Assembly: GCA_036676195.1 (NCBI GenBank)
Contig: JAKFDK010000062.1
Location: 1 to 51,687 of the forward strand
Origin: Clostridia bacterium
GTDB taxonomy: Bacteria > Bacillota > Sulfobacillia > Symbiobacteriales > ZC4RG38
Length of the DNA: 51,687 nucleotides
Direction of reading: 5' to 3'
The notes under the pieces were generated by a model. The model ran no database searches and was not told the DNA's origin. It saw only the letters and a list, made by a program, of their open reading frames with translations. This document shows, piece by piece, positions 37,275-45,854 of the stretch. A program made the translations under genes and the position numbers. How positions within the stretch are numbered: the stretch's first letter is position 1; every line of letters starts with the position of its first letter.

Positions 37275-38823
37275 GGCGTTAGGGGGCCCCACGGTGCGTG
37301 TGTACGGCAACAGTGACCTGTTCCGCCTGGACCTGGAACAATTGGCACGCGTATTCTTTCCCGGGCAGCCGGTAACGGTGGCGGACACAGCCGGTACGGC
37401 CGACCTGACGGTTATGGCCTGGCCAAACTTGCCGGCGGCGTCCGGCGGGCCGGAGGAGTGGATGGTCACGGTGCAGGTGGGCGATCAGGTGCGGACTTGT
37501 GCCGTCACTGTGCCCGGGCCTCTGGCCCCACGGGCCTACGAACACCGGATTCGCCGGGCGGCCAAGTCGCTGGCGGTGGACCTGCTGGCCGATGCCACCG
37601 GGTTTCGCCCCGGCTGGGGACACCTGACCGGGGTGCGGCCAACCCGGCTGGCCCACGACCTGCTGGACCGCGGCCATTCCCCGGCCGCGGCCCGGGCCGT
37701 GCTGCTGGCGGAGTACCGCCTGACGGCAGCGAAGGCTGACCTGTTGCTGGAGGTGGCCGTCCGGCAGCGCCCGTTCCTGCGCCGGGAGGCCCGGGCCATT
37801 TCCCTGTATATTGGCATTCCGTACTGCCCGACCATTTGCTCCTTCTGCTCCTTCAGCATTTACCCGGTGGCGGAGCATCGCGCCCAGGTACCGGTTTTCC
37901 TGGACGCCCTGCACCGGGAACTGGCGGTGGTGGGGGCGGCCATCCGTGACCTGGGACTGCGGGTGGAGAGCATCTACCTGGGCGGGGGTACCCCGACCAG
38001 CCCAGATGACGGTTCCTTCGCCGCCCTGCTGGCGCAGATCGGTGCCACCGTGCTCGCCGGACAGGCCCCGACGGAATATACCGTCGAGGCCGGGCGCCCG
38101 GAGACGATTTCCCGCGCCAAGCTGGACGCCATGGCCGCCCACGGGGTGACCCGGCTGAGTGTGAACCCCCAGACGACGGTGCAGGAGACCCTGCGGCACC
38201 TGGGGCGCATCCATACGGTGGAATCCTTCCGGCGGGCCTATGACCGGGTCCGCAGCCATCCACACCCCTTCATTGTCAACTCTGACATCATCGTCGGCCT
38301 GCCCGGGGAGGGCGTGGCTGAGGTGCGGCAGACCCTGGCGGACATGGCCGTACTGGCGCCGGATAACCTGACCGTGCACACCCTGGCCATCAAGCGTGGC
38401 TCCCGCCTGCACGGTGAGGACGGCGGTGCCGCCGCCCTCACCCGGCTGAGCTCGGCAGAGGCGGAGGCGATGGTGGCCGAAGCCGCCGCTGCTGCCCGGC
38501 GCATGGGGCAACACCCCTATTATCTGTACCGGCAGAAGTACATGGTTGGCAGCATGGAAAACGTGGGCTACAGCCTGCCCGGCAAGGAATCGGTGTACAA
38601 CATTCAGATGCTCAATCATTCAATCACAACTGTTGGCTTTGGCCACGCCGGCACCACCCACCTGGTCCCGGCTTACGGGCCGCCCGGATTTCACTTTCAG
38701 GGGCCGGCCAACCCGGAAGATCCCCTCACCTACATGCAGCGGGCCGAGGAACTGGCCCGGCGCAAGGCGGGCCTGCTGCGGCTGGTGCACGGGGAACAAG
38801 CTTGGTTTGTGAGTGTGCCGTAA
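37273..38823 (+). CDS. HemZ/HemN-like radical-SAM coproporphyrinogen dehydrogenase family protein with an N-terminal extension
   Basis: CPTICSFCSF (Cx3Cx2C) and the IYLGGGTPT signature. The ~170-aa N-terminal extension resembles Bacillus HemZ. An alternative GTG start is at 37294. Confidence 0.75.
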   Translation: MALGGPTVRVYGNSDLFRLDLEQLARVFFPGQPVTVADTAGTADLTVMAWPNLPAASGGPEEWMVTVQVGDQVRTCAVTVPGPLAPRAYEHRIRRAAKSLAVDLLADATGFRPGWGHLTGVRPTRLAHDLLDRGHSPAAARAVLLAEYRLTAAKADLLLEVAVRQRPFLRREARAISLYIGIPYCPTICSFCSFSIYPVAEHRAQVPVFLDALHRELAVVGAAIRDLGLRVESIYLGGGTPTSPDDGSFAALLAQIGATVLAGQAPTEYTVEAGRPETISRAKLDAMAAHGVTRLSVNPQTTVQETLRHLGRIHTVESFRRAYDRVRSHPHPFIVNSDIIVGLPGEGVAEVRQTLADMAVLAPDNLTVHTLAIKRGSRLHGEDGGAAALTRLSSAEAEAMVAEAAAAARRMGQHPYYLYRQKYMVGSMENVGYSLPGKESVYNIQMLNHSITTVGFGHAGTTHLVPAYGPPGFHFQGPANPEDPLTYMQRAEELARRKAGLLRLVHGEQAWFVSVP

Positions 38824-38992
38824 CGGTTGAGGACTAACGACAGGTCAGATGAATCACCCAATCAAGGCGGCAAGGAGGCGCAGCGTAAGGTAGCTGTATT
38901 GGCGCTCTACACGGGGCGCAGCTACCAAGAGTTGGTTTGGTAGCGAGTGGCCATTGAACGAGCCACTGGCATTTAGGTGCTCACGCAGCAAC

Positions 38993-39035
38993 AAAGAAGC
39001 GCTGTCCACCATACAGACAGCGCTTCTTTCCATTT
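38993..39035 (+). terminator. Strong terminator downstream of the hemZ-like gene
   Basis: Perfect 14-bp stem AAAGAAGCGCTGTC/GACAGCGCTTCTTT with a 9-nt loop, then CCATTTGTTGC. Confidence 0.5.
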
Positions 39036-39138
39036 GTTGCAAGCCTCCCGGTACCGGCCGGCCCGGCGCACGGGGTGGCTGGCTGGGTGTGCAGTCTCGT
39101 TGCCCTGTTCAATTCCACTAAGTCACATTGGTCACAAT

Positions 39139-39201
39139 CTTGACTACAAATGTTTTTCCTGATATCGTTTATTTAGCGTACTATATCAATATAATGAATT
39201 C
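39139..39201 (+). promoter_or_regulatory. Conserved promoter/operator block, copy 1 (upstream of the PaaK-like ligase)
   Basis: cTTGACT-17-TATCGTTTAtTTAgCGTACTaTAT...TATAAT..AATTC. Near-identical to the 42799-42863 block. Confidence 0.45.
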
Positions 39202-39252
39202 CCGGGCGCACCACCGGTTCGTCGCACCGATCACGCGATGGGGGGCACCACC

Positions 39253-40593
39253 GTGGAACTCAGGTACTGGGACAGCGCCGAAAATGCCTCGCGCCAGGTC
39301 ATTGCCGACATTCAGCTCCGGAAACTGAAGCACACGGTGCAGCGTGCCTATGATTCCGTCCCCTACTACCGGCAGGTTTTTGACCAGCATGGCCTGAAGC
39401 CCGGCCATATCCGCACCCTGGCTGATGTGCGCCTGATTCCCTTCTTTGAAAAGACCATGCTGCGCCAACTGCAGCCATATGGTGTGCTGGCGGTGCCGCC
39501 GGCGCAGGTGAGTCGTGTTCATGCCACCTCGGGCACTACGGGCAGGCCCTGTATGGTGGCTTTCACGGCGCGTGATATTGAGCTGGTGGCGGAACTGGGG
39601 GCCCGGCACCTGAGCTGTTGCGGTCTGGGTGCGGGGGACTTGCTGTACCAGGGCTATGGGTACGGGATGTGGATCGGCGGGTGGGCGTTTGAACAGGCGG
39701 CCCGCCGGGTCGGCATGGCGGTATTTCCGGCCGGTCCCGGGCGCAGTGTCATGGCCATGGAGATGCTGCGTGATTACGGCATGAACGCCATCACCTGCAC
39801 CCCGAGCTTTGCCTCGTATCTGCTGGAACAGGCGTACGAGCGCGGCGTAAACCCGCAGGCGGAGTGGCGGCTGCGGGCGGGTATGCTGGGCGGCGAAACC
39901 GCCTCAAAGGCCATTCGGAAACGGCTGCAGGAAGGCATGCCCGCCGGTTTCATGCCCTACAACGTCTACGGAACCACCGAACTGGGCGGGCCGTTCGTGG
40001 GGGTCAGTTGCCCGTACGGCGCCGAGGACGGGACCTTACATATCTGGAGTGACCACTACCTGGTTGAGGTGGTGGACCCCGACACGGGCGATCCGGCGGA
40101 ATTCGGCCAGCCCGGCGAACTGGTTGTGACCACCCTTGACCGGGAGGCGGCACCGATGCTGCGGTGGCGCACCCGTGACCTGACGGCCTGGCCGGAGAAC
40201 CCATTTGACTGCCCCTGCGGCCGCGGGGGTCACGTGCGCGTGGCTTCCGTGACCGGCCGGTCGGACGACATGATCAAATTGCGCGGCGCCATGGTCTTTC
40301 CGTCGCAGGTTGAGGAGATCGTGTCCAATACCCCCGGGACCGGCCCCGGCTGGCTGCTGGTGGTGGATAAGGACCGCGCCCTGGCTCAGGCCACGCTGCA
40401 CGTGGAAGTGCCGGCACCGGACGAGTCGGCCGGCGCGGCGGTCCGCGACTTGCTGATCAGCCGCCTGCGCGAGGTTCTGGGCGTACGGATCCCGGTTGAA
40501 CTGGCCGCGCTCGCCAGCTTGCCCAGGTACGAGGGCAAAGCCAGGCGGGTCCTGTCTCCCGCCGAGTTCGTAGCCCTGGCGGGCGGTTCATAG
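39253..40593 (+). CDS. Phenylacetate-CoA ligase-family (PaaK/F390 synthetase-like) adenylate-forming enzyme
   Basis: Adenylation motifs TSGTTGRP and YGTTE. PaaK-like length. GTG start at 39253. Confidence 0.8.
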   Translation: MELRYWDSAENASRQVIADIQLRKLKHTVQRAYDSVPYYRQVFDQHGLKPGHIRTLADVRLIPFFEKTMLRQLQPYGVLAVPPAQVSRVHATSGTTGRPCMVAFTARDIELVAELGARHLSCCGLGAGDLLYQGYGYGMWIGGWAFEQAARRVGMAVFPAGPGRSVMAMEMLRDYGMNAITCTPSFASYLLEQAYERGVNPQAEWRLRAGMLGGETASKAIRKRLQEGMPAGFMPYNVYGTTELGGPFVGVSCPYGAEDGTLHIWSDHYLVEVVDPDTGDPAEFGQPGELVVTTLDREAAPMLRWRTRDLTAWPENPFDCPCGRGGHVRVASVTGRSDDMIKLRGAMVFPSQVEEIVSNTPGTGPGWLLVVDKDRALAQATLHVEVPAPDESAGAAVRDLLISRLREVLGVRIPVELAALASLPRYEGKARRVLSPAEFVALAGGS

Positions 40594-40602
40594 CGGCTGT
40601 CG

Positions 40603-41790
40603 TTACGGCTGGCCCAGCACCACGCCCGCTGCCACCAGGCTGGATACTTCTGCGGGGGGCACCCCGGCTTCCGCCAGCAGTTCGAAGCTGTGGGCGCCGA
40701 GTGCCGCCGCCGGCGGGAGCGCCCGGGTACCCAGCACGGGCGGCAGGCCCAGACCGGCCGTGCCCGTCGCCGGGTCGTGCCGCACCATCTGCCGCTCATG
40801 AGCGTAGGCGGAGCCCAGAGCCTCCGGTACGTCCAGGACCGGGGTCAGGCAGCAGTCTGCCTGCCGGCCCAGTTCTGCCCAGTCATCTCGGGTACGGGCC
40901 GCAAACAGCGTGCAGAGTGCGACATACACCGGCTCTTCTCCCCGGGCCGGTGCGAACTGGTATGGGAGCAGATCTTCCCGGCCCACGGCCCGGCAGAAGG
41001 CTGTCCAAAACTTGGGCTCCAGGGCGCCCAGGCTCACGTGGCGCCCGTCCGCCGTTTCGTAAACGTTGTAGCAGACCACACCGCCGCTCAGCAAGAATTC
41101 CCCGCGCCCGAACACCTGGTTTTGCGTCAGGTAGAGGGCGGCGGGCAGCACTAGCCAGGACAGCAGTACGTCCGACATGGCTGCATCCAGGTACCGGCCT
41201 TCGCCAGTGCGGGCCCGAGCCGTCAGCGCCGCCACAATGGCAAGGGCAGCCAGCATGCCGCCGCTCAGGTCGGCGATCGGCACCGGCGGGATGGTGGGCG
41301 CTCCCGTCCGCGGGCCGCTCAGGCCCAGCAGTCCGGCCAGACTGATATAGTTGATGTCATGCCCGGCCAGGTCACGGTGCGGCCCGCTTTGCCCGTAACC
41401 GGTGAGCGAACAGTAAACGATCCGAGGGTTGATCGCCCGCACCGTGTCGTAGCCAATGCCCAGGGCGTCGGCCACGCCCGGCCGGAAGGATTCCAGCACC
41501 ACGTCTGCATGGCCGGCCAGCCGGAGGAATACCTCCCGGCCGCGGGGGTGCCGTACGTCCAGGGCCAGACTTCTTTTTCCCCGGTTGAGCGTGTCAAAAA
41601 AGGGCCCGCCGGGCGGGCTGTGCCGGGTCGGGTCACCGCCGCGGGGGTCTTCCACCTGGACGACGTCGGCCCCCAGGCCGGCGAGGTAGGACGAGGCAAA
41701 GGGTCCGGGCAGCAGCCGGGACAGGTCAAGTACCCGTGTGCCGGTCAGCATCGTTTCCACCCCACTCCGGTCAGGCTGCGTGGTTGCCAT
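40603..41790 (-). CDS. Family III CoA-transferase (CaiB/BaiF-type)
   Basis: CaiB/BaiF signature region (VLDLSRLLPGPFASSYLAGLGADVV.VE.P, GRYLDAAMSD). Confidence 0.8.
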   Translation of the reverse strand: MATTQPDRSGVETMLTGTRVLDLSRLLPGPFASSYLAGLGADVVQVEDPRGGDPTRHSPPGGPFFDTLNRGKRSLALDVRHPRGREVFLRLAGHADVVLESFRPGVADALGIGYDTVRAINPRIVYCSLTGYGQSGPHRDLAGHDINYISLAGLLGLSGPRTGAPTIPPVPIADLSGGMLAALAIVAALTARARTGEGRYLDAAMSDVLLSWLVLPAALYLTQNQVFGRGEFLLSGGVVCYNVYETADGRHVSLGALEPKFWTAFCRAVGREDLLPYQFAPARGEEPVYVALCTLFAARTRDDWAELGRQADCCLTPVLDVPEALGSAYAHERQMVRHDPATGTAGLGLPPVLGTRALPPAAALGAHSFELLAEAGVPPAEVSSLVAAGVVLGQP

Positions 41791-41799
41791 GCGGGTGCA

Positions 41800-42696
41800 T
41801 TACTTGGTCCAGCCCCCGTTGCGCAGGGATTCCACCATGCGCACCACCGGGTCCTCGTACGGCGGGCTGCCTTCCTGTGCTTCCATGACCTCGCCAATAA
41901 AGTGGCGTGCGCCATGTCCGAGCAGCGTGCAGTAGTCGGCAAACAGGCGGGCGGCGGTGTTGCCCACCCAGTCGGGCGGACACAGCTCTTCCGGCAGTCC
42001 CGGGTCAACAAAGATGAACTTGCGGAACTCGTTGGTCAGGTTGACCCGCTGCACAAAGCAGTGCGGGGGGGGCAAATCTGCGCCCTGTTCGACTTGCCGG
42101 CGGTCCTGTTCAAACTGCGGGGCGTATGTGGCTACAAACTGCCGGTAGCTTTCGTCCACCTGGGCGATATTCCAGCAAGCCGCCACAATCCCCGCATCGG
42201 TACCCGGTCCATCGAAGTGGGCGGTAAAGAACCGCACGTGCTCGCTGATGTCCAGGTCGGTGATCAGGTCACGAATGAAAGCGCTGCGGTCGTACGGGCA
42301 GATCCAGGTGCCATTGGCCAGCAGCCCGTACCCCAGCCATACGGCTTCCTTACGCAGCCGCTCCCGGGCTTCCTTGCGCGACTCCGGAATGGAGTACGTG
42401 AGCAGCCGCCAGGAATGGTCCCAGGGCTCGTTCCGGGATTTATAGATGCGCTTGAGGGCTTCCTTGATCTTGCGCCGCCCGGACTGGGTAATGCTGTAAA
42501 AGCTACGACGGCCGACCCGGCGGCTGTCCAGCCAGCCCTGGCGTGCAATCCGGGTGACGGCGAGGCGGACAGCTCCCTCGGAGAAGCCAAACTGGGCCAT
42601 CATCTTGCAGAGGGACGAGAGGGAGACCTCGCCACCGTGCGCGTACACCACATCTCCCAGAATGGTGAACAGCAGCGGGCGCGGTGTCGTCGGCAA
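41800..42696 (-). CDS. paaX: PaaX-family transcriptional regulator
   Basis: N-terminal wHTH LLFTILGDVV... and PaaX-like middle and C-terminal domains, about 300 aa. Confidence 0.75.
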   Translation of the reverse strand: MPTTPRPLLFTILGDVVYAHGGEVSLSSLCKMMAQFGFSEGAVRLAVTRIARQGWLDSRRVGRRSFYSITQSGRRKIKEALKRIYKSRNEPWDHSWRLLTYSIPESRKEARERLRKEAVWLGYGLLANGTWICPYDRSAFIRDLITDLDISEHVRFFTAHFDGPGTDAGIVAACWNIAQVDESYRQFVATYAPQFEQDRRQVEQGADLPPPHCFVQRVNLTNEFRKFIFVDPGLPEELCPPDWVGNTAARLFADYCTLLGHGARHFIGEVMEAQEGSPPYEDPVVRMVESLRNGGWTK

Positions 42697-42798
42697 GGTG
42701 GTGTCACTCCTTCAGGTCAGACCGGGCACAACTCATCGAATATGGGCTAAATAGTTCGCCAGGCAGCAGACCTGAACCTTCCGGCCTGCCTCCGATCG

Positions 42799-42863
42799 CT
42801 TGACGCGTTACGTATTTACTGATATCGTTTAAATAACGTACTGTATGGTTAGAATACCAATTC
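42799..42863 (+). promoter_or_regulatory. Conserved promoter/operator block, copy 2 (between divergent paaX and the mutase genes)
   Basis: cTTGACG-17-TATCGTTTAaaTAaCGTACTgTAT...TAGAAT..AATTC. Confidence 0.45.
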
Positions 42864-42917
42864 GGCTGTTCCAGTCGGTGTGCAGGTGTGGGCAGCCGGA
42901 CCTGAGGAGGAGTCAAG

Positions 42918-44576
42918 GTGAGTGAAAAGTCTCCGTACGATTCCTATCACCGCTGGGAGCGACCGGCTTCGCTGGCATCGAACTCCGGCATTCCGATCAA
43001 GGAGCTGTACGACGCGGCGGACACGGCCGGGCACAACGGCCCGCGGGACCTGGGTGTTCCCGGGGAGTATCCCTTTACCCGCGGACCCTACCCCGGCATG
43101 TACCGGACCCGTACCTGGACCCAGCGCAACCAGGTCGGTTTTGGCGGGCCCGAGGAGACCAACGAACGAATGCGTTACCTGCTGGAACACGGCGCAACGG
43201 GCTTTATTGTTACCCTGGATTTGCCTTCGGAATATGCCTTTGATTCGGACCACCCCGTGGCGGAGGGCGAGGTCGGGGTGGTGGGGGTGGCGATTTCCAC
43301 CCTGGGCGACATGGAACGGCTGTATGACGGGTTTGGCCCGGACATGGTCAGTTGTGCGTTTTCCACGCCCGGGGGCCCGTGCGCAGCCGTGAACCTGGCC
43401 ATGATCGCCACGGTGGCGGAAAGGCGCGGCATTCCGTACGACAAGCTGGTGGGCACCCAGCACAACGACCCTCTCTACCAGTTAAGCGGCGGGCCGCTGC
43501 AGACCACCACGCAGTACTTCCCGCTGGACGGCATCCTCCGCCTGGTGGTGGACAATATCGAGTTTCTGACTCAACACATGCCCAAACTGAACTGGATGGT
43601 CAGTAACCTCTATAACCTGCGGGAAACCGGCGTGACTGCCGTGCAGGAGATTGCCTTTGGCCTTTCGCACGCCTTTGATGTTTTCCGCCTGGCGCAGCAG
43701 CGGGGCCTGGACATTAACCAGTTCGCCCGCCGGGCCTCCTTCTTCTGTTCCAGCAGCATCGACTTTTTCGAGGAGGTGGCCAAGTTCCGGGCGATGCGGC
43801 GGATTTACGCCCGCACGATGCGGGAGCGGTTCGGCGCCACCAACCCGGAGTGCTGGCGGTTCCGCACCTCGGCGCAGTCAGCCGGCAATACATACACCAC
43901 CCAGCAGCCCCTCAATAACGTGATTCGCGGCACGGTTGAGGCTATGGCCGCGGTCATGGGCGGCGTGCAGTCCATTCACCTCTCCGCCTACGACGAGGGT
44001 CTGGGCCTGCCCACAGAGCAGTCTGCCCTGCTTTCGGTGCGCACCCAGCAGGTGGTCGCATCGGAAAGTGGCATTACGCGTACCGTCGACCCACTGGCTG
44101 GCTCCTACTATGTGGAATCCCTGACGCAGGAACTGGAGACTCGGGCGGAAGCGCTGATTGCCGAGGTGGAGTCCCGGGGCGGCCTGATTGAATGTGTGCG
44201 CAGCGGCTGGCTGGAAAACCAGATCCGCCAGGCCCGCAGCCGGAATCAGGCCGAACTGGACGAGGCGCGGCGGATCCTGGTCGGGGTGAACCGCTACCAG
44301 ATCCCGGCGTCCGAGGAACCAAAACTGGAGATCCACAAGTACCGGGTGGATGAGTGGTCGGCCCGGCGGGCGGAATACCTGCGCCGCTACCGGGAAGACC
44401 GGGACCAGGCGGCCTGCCGCCAGGCTCTTGGTGAGATCCGGCGGGCCTGGGCGGCGGGCACGAACATGGTTCCTGTCATCATGGATGCACTCAGGGCAGG
44501 AGCTACCCGCGGCGAGATCAGCGATGCCATGCGGGCGGCCCAGGGTTTTACCATCAGCGTGCCGGGGGAGGTCTGA
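42918..44576 (+). CDS. Acyl-CoA mutase large (substrate-binding TIM-barrel) subunit of the methylmalonyl-CoA mutase family
   Basis: MCM-family barrel sequence (..TQRNQVGFGGPEETNERMRYLLEHGATGF...). GAGGAGGAG RBS before the GTG start. Confidence 0.85.
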   Translation: MSEKSPYDSYHRWERPASLASNSGIPIKELYDAADTAGHNGPRDLGVPGEYPFTRGPYPGMYRTRTWTQRNQVGFGGPEETNERMRYLLEHGATGFIVTLDLPSEYAFDSDHPVAEGEVGVVGVAISTLGDMERLYDGFGPDMVSCAFSTPGGPCAAVNLAMIATVAERRGIPYDKLVGTQHNDPLYQLSGGPLQTTTQYFPLDGILRLVVDNIEFLTQHMPKLNWMVSNLYNLRETGVTAVQEIAFGLSHAFDVFRLAQQRGLDINQFARRASFFCSSSIDFFEEVAKFRAMRRIYARTMRERFGATNPECWRFRTSAQSAGNTYTTQQPLNNVIRGTVEAMAAVMGGVQSIHLSAYDEGLGLPTEQSALLSVRTQQVVASESGITRTVDPLAGSYYVESLTQELETRAEALIAEVESRGGLIECVRSGWLENQIRQARSRNQAELDEARRILVGVNRYQIPASEEPKLEIHKYRVDEWSARRAEYLRRYREDRDQAACRQALGEIRRAWAAGTNMVPVIMDALRAGATRGEISDAMRAAQGFTISVPGEV

Positions 44577-44579
44577 GTC

Positions 44580-44978
44580 ATGGCCAGGGGCAAGGTGTTG
44601 TTGGCCAAAATGGGGTTGGATTCACACGACACCGGCATTGTCACGGTGGCTCAGGTGCTGCGGGATGCCGGGATGGAGGTGGTTTACCTGGGGCTGCACC
44701 GGTCAGCCCGGGACATAGTGGATGCTGCCATCGACGAGGATGTGGACGTGATCGGGCTCAGCTTCCTGTCCGGGCAGCACCTGGTCCAGACGCGCAAGGC
44801 CCTGCAGGCAATGCGGGAGCGCAAGGTAGCGGTGCCGCTGGTGGTGGGTGGGGTCATTCCACTGGACGACGCCCAACTGCTAAAGGACATGGGGGTGGCC
44901 GAGGTCTTCCGGCCCGGGCTGCTTTCAGTTGAGATCGTGCAGCGGGTACAGGCCGTGCTTGGCGCCCCGGCGTGCTAG
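44580..44978 (+). CDS. Acyl-CoA mutase small subunit (cobalamin-binding domain)
   Basis: DxHxxG B12-binding motif (LDSHDTG) with a Rossmann-like fold. Confidence 0.85.
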   Translation: MARGKVLLAKMGLDSHDTGIVTVAQVLRDAGMEVVYLGLHRSARDIVDAAIDEDVDVIGLSFLSGQHLVQTRKALQAMRERKVAVPLVVGGVIPLDDAQLLKDMGVAEVFRPGLLSVEIVQRVQAVLGAPAC

Positions 44979-45002
44979 GCAAGGGGCGGAAGCTGCACTG
45001 GA

Positions 45003-45047
45003 CCACGTGAACGGGGGAGGGCTGAATGCCCTCCCCCGTTCACGTGG
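45003..45047 (+). terminator. Very strong hairpin after the mutase operon
   Basis: Perfect 20-bp stem CCACGTGAACGGGGGAGGGC/GCCCTCCCCCGTTCACGTGG with loop TGAAT. No U-tract. Confidence 0.5.
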
Positions 45048-45140
45048 CGGCGCTACCGACGGGGGCGCCGGGCCGCCCCATTCCCCCTTAGCAGGGCTGC
45101 GGCCGCCTCGGCGGCAGGCCGGAAGAAATTCCCGCCCCGG

Positions 45141-45809
45141 ATGTTGCTGGATCGAACCGAACCGGTACTTTTCAGCGTCTTCAATATTGGGACGGTTTCA
45201 TGCAGAGTGTGTGGGGGTGAGGGGTTGGTCACGAACCTGACCTATCTGGGTTCGGCCGGACTGGGTCTGGCCCTGGTGGCCGCTGGAGCGTTGTTGGGGT
45301 TTACTGACGCCGGTATGGAACACGGGGGCGACGGTGCGGCTGAGACCGACGTGGACCTGGTCGGTGGCGAGGGCGCCGGCGCCGGAGTTGCCTCCGGTTT
45401 GAGCCTGCTGTCTGTAGCCGGGCTGGGTGCGGTACTGTTCGGGTTCGGGGCAGGCGGGTACGTGTCATCCGCCCTGGGGGCCCCGCCGCTGCTGGCGGTG
45501 CCAGCCGGGGTGGCCGGTGCCGCCGGGTGCTTCCGCCTGACCGCGTGGCTCCGCCGGACGCTGATTCGCACCCTGGACACCGGTGCCGCCTTTGGCGAGA
45601 CCGATTTTCTGTTCCGGGCAGGGACCGTGACTATTCCGGTGCCACCAGGGGGGACAGGGCGGGGTCAGGTTCTGGTCCAGGTGGAAGGCCGTACCTTTTA
45701 TCTGCCGGCCGTCACCGATGCGGACCATGAGTTGCACGTGGGGGAGGCCGTGCAGATCACGGCGACGAACGCGGGACTCTACACCGTTGAGGCCGATCGG
45801 TCCCAGTGA
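45141..45809 (+). CDS. NfeD-like (YuaF-type) membrane protein partnering flotillin
   Basis: Three N-terminal TM helices and a C-terminal beta-rich domain, immediately upstream of the flotillin gene. The start is uncertain. Confidence 0.6.
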   Translation: MLLDRTEPVLFSVFNIGTVSCRVCGGEGLVTNLTYLGSAGLGLALVAAGALLGFTDAGMEHGGDGAAETDVDLVGGEGAGAGVASGLSLLSVAGLGAVLFGFGAGGYVSSALGAPPLLAVPAGVAGAAGCFRLTAWLRRTLIRTLDTGAAFGETDFLFRAGTVTIPVPPGGTGRGQVLVQVEGRTFYLPAVTDADHELHVGEAVQITATNAGLYTVEADRSQ

Positions 45810-45854
45810 CCGGACGGTGGCCCGGATCCGACACAAGTGCAAGGAGGTAACCTG

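Noticed and set aside
41359-42750. 463-aa plus-strand ORF
   Set aside because: It is antisense to the CoA-transferase and paaX genes.
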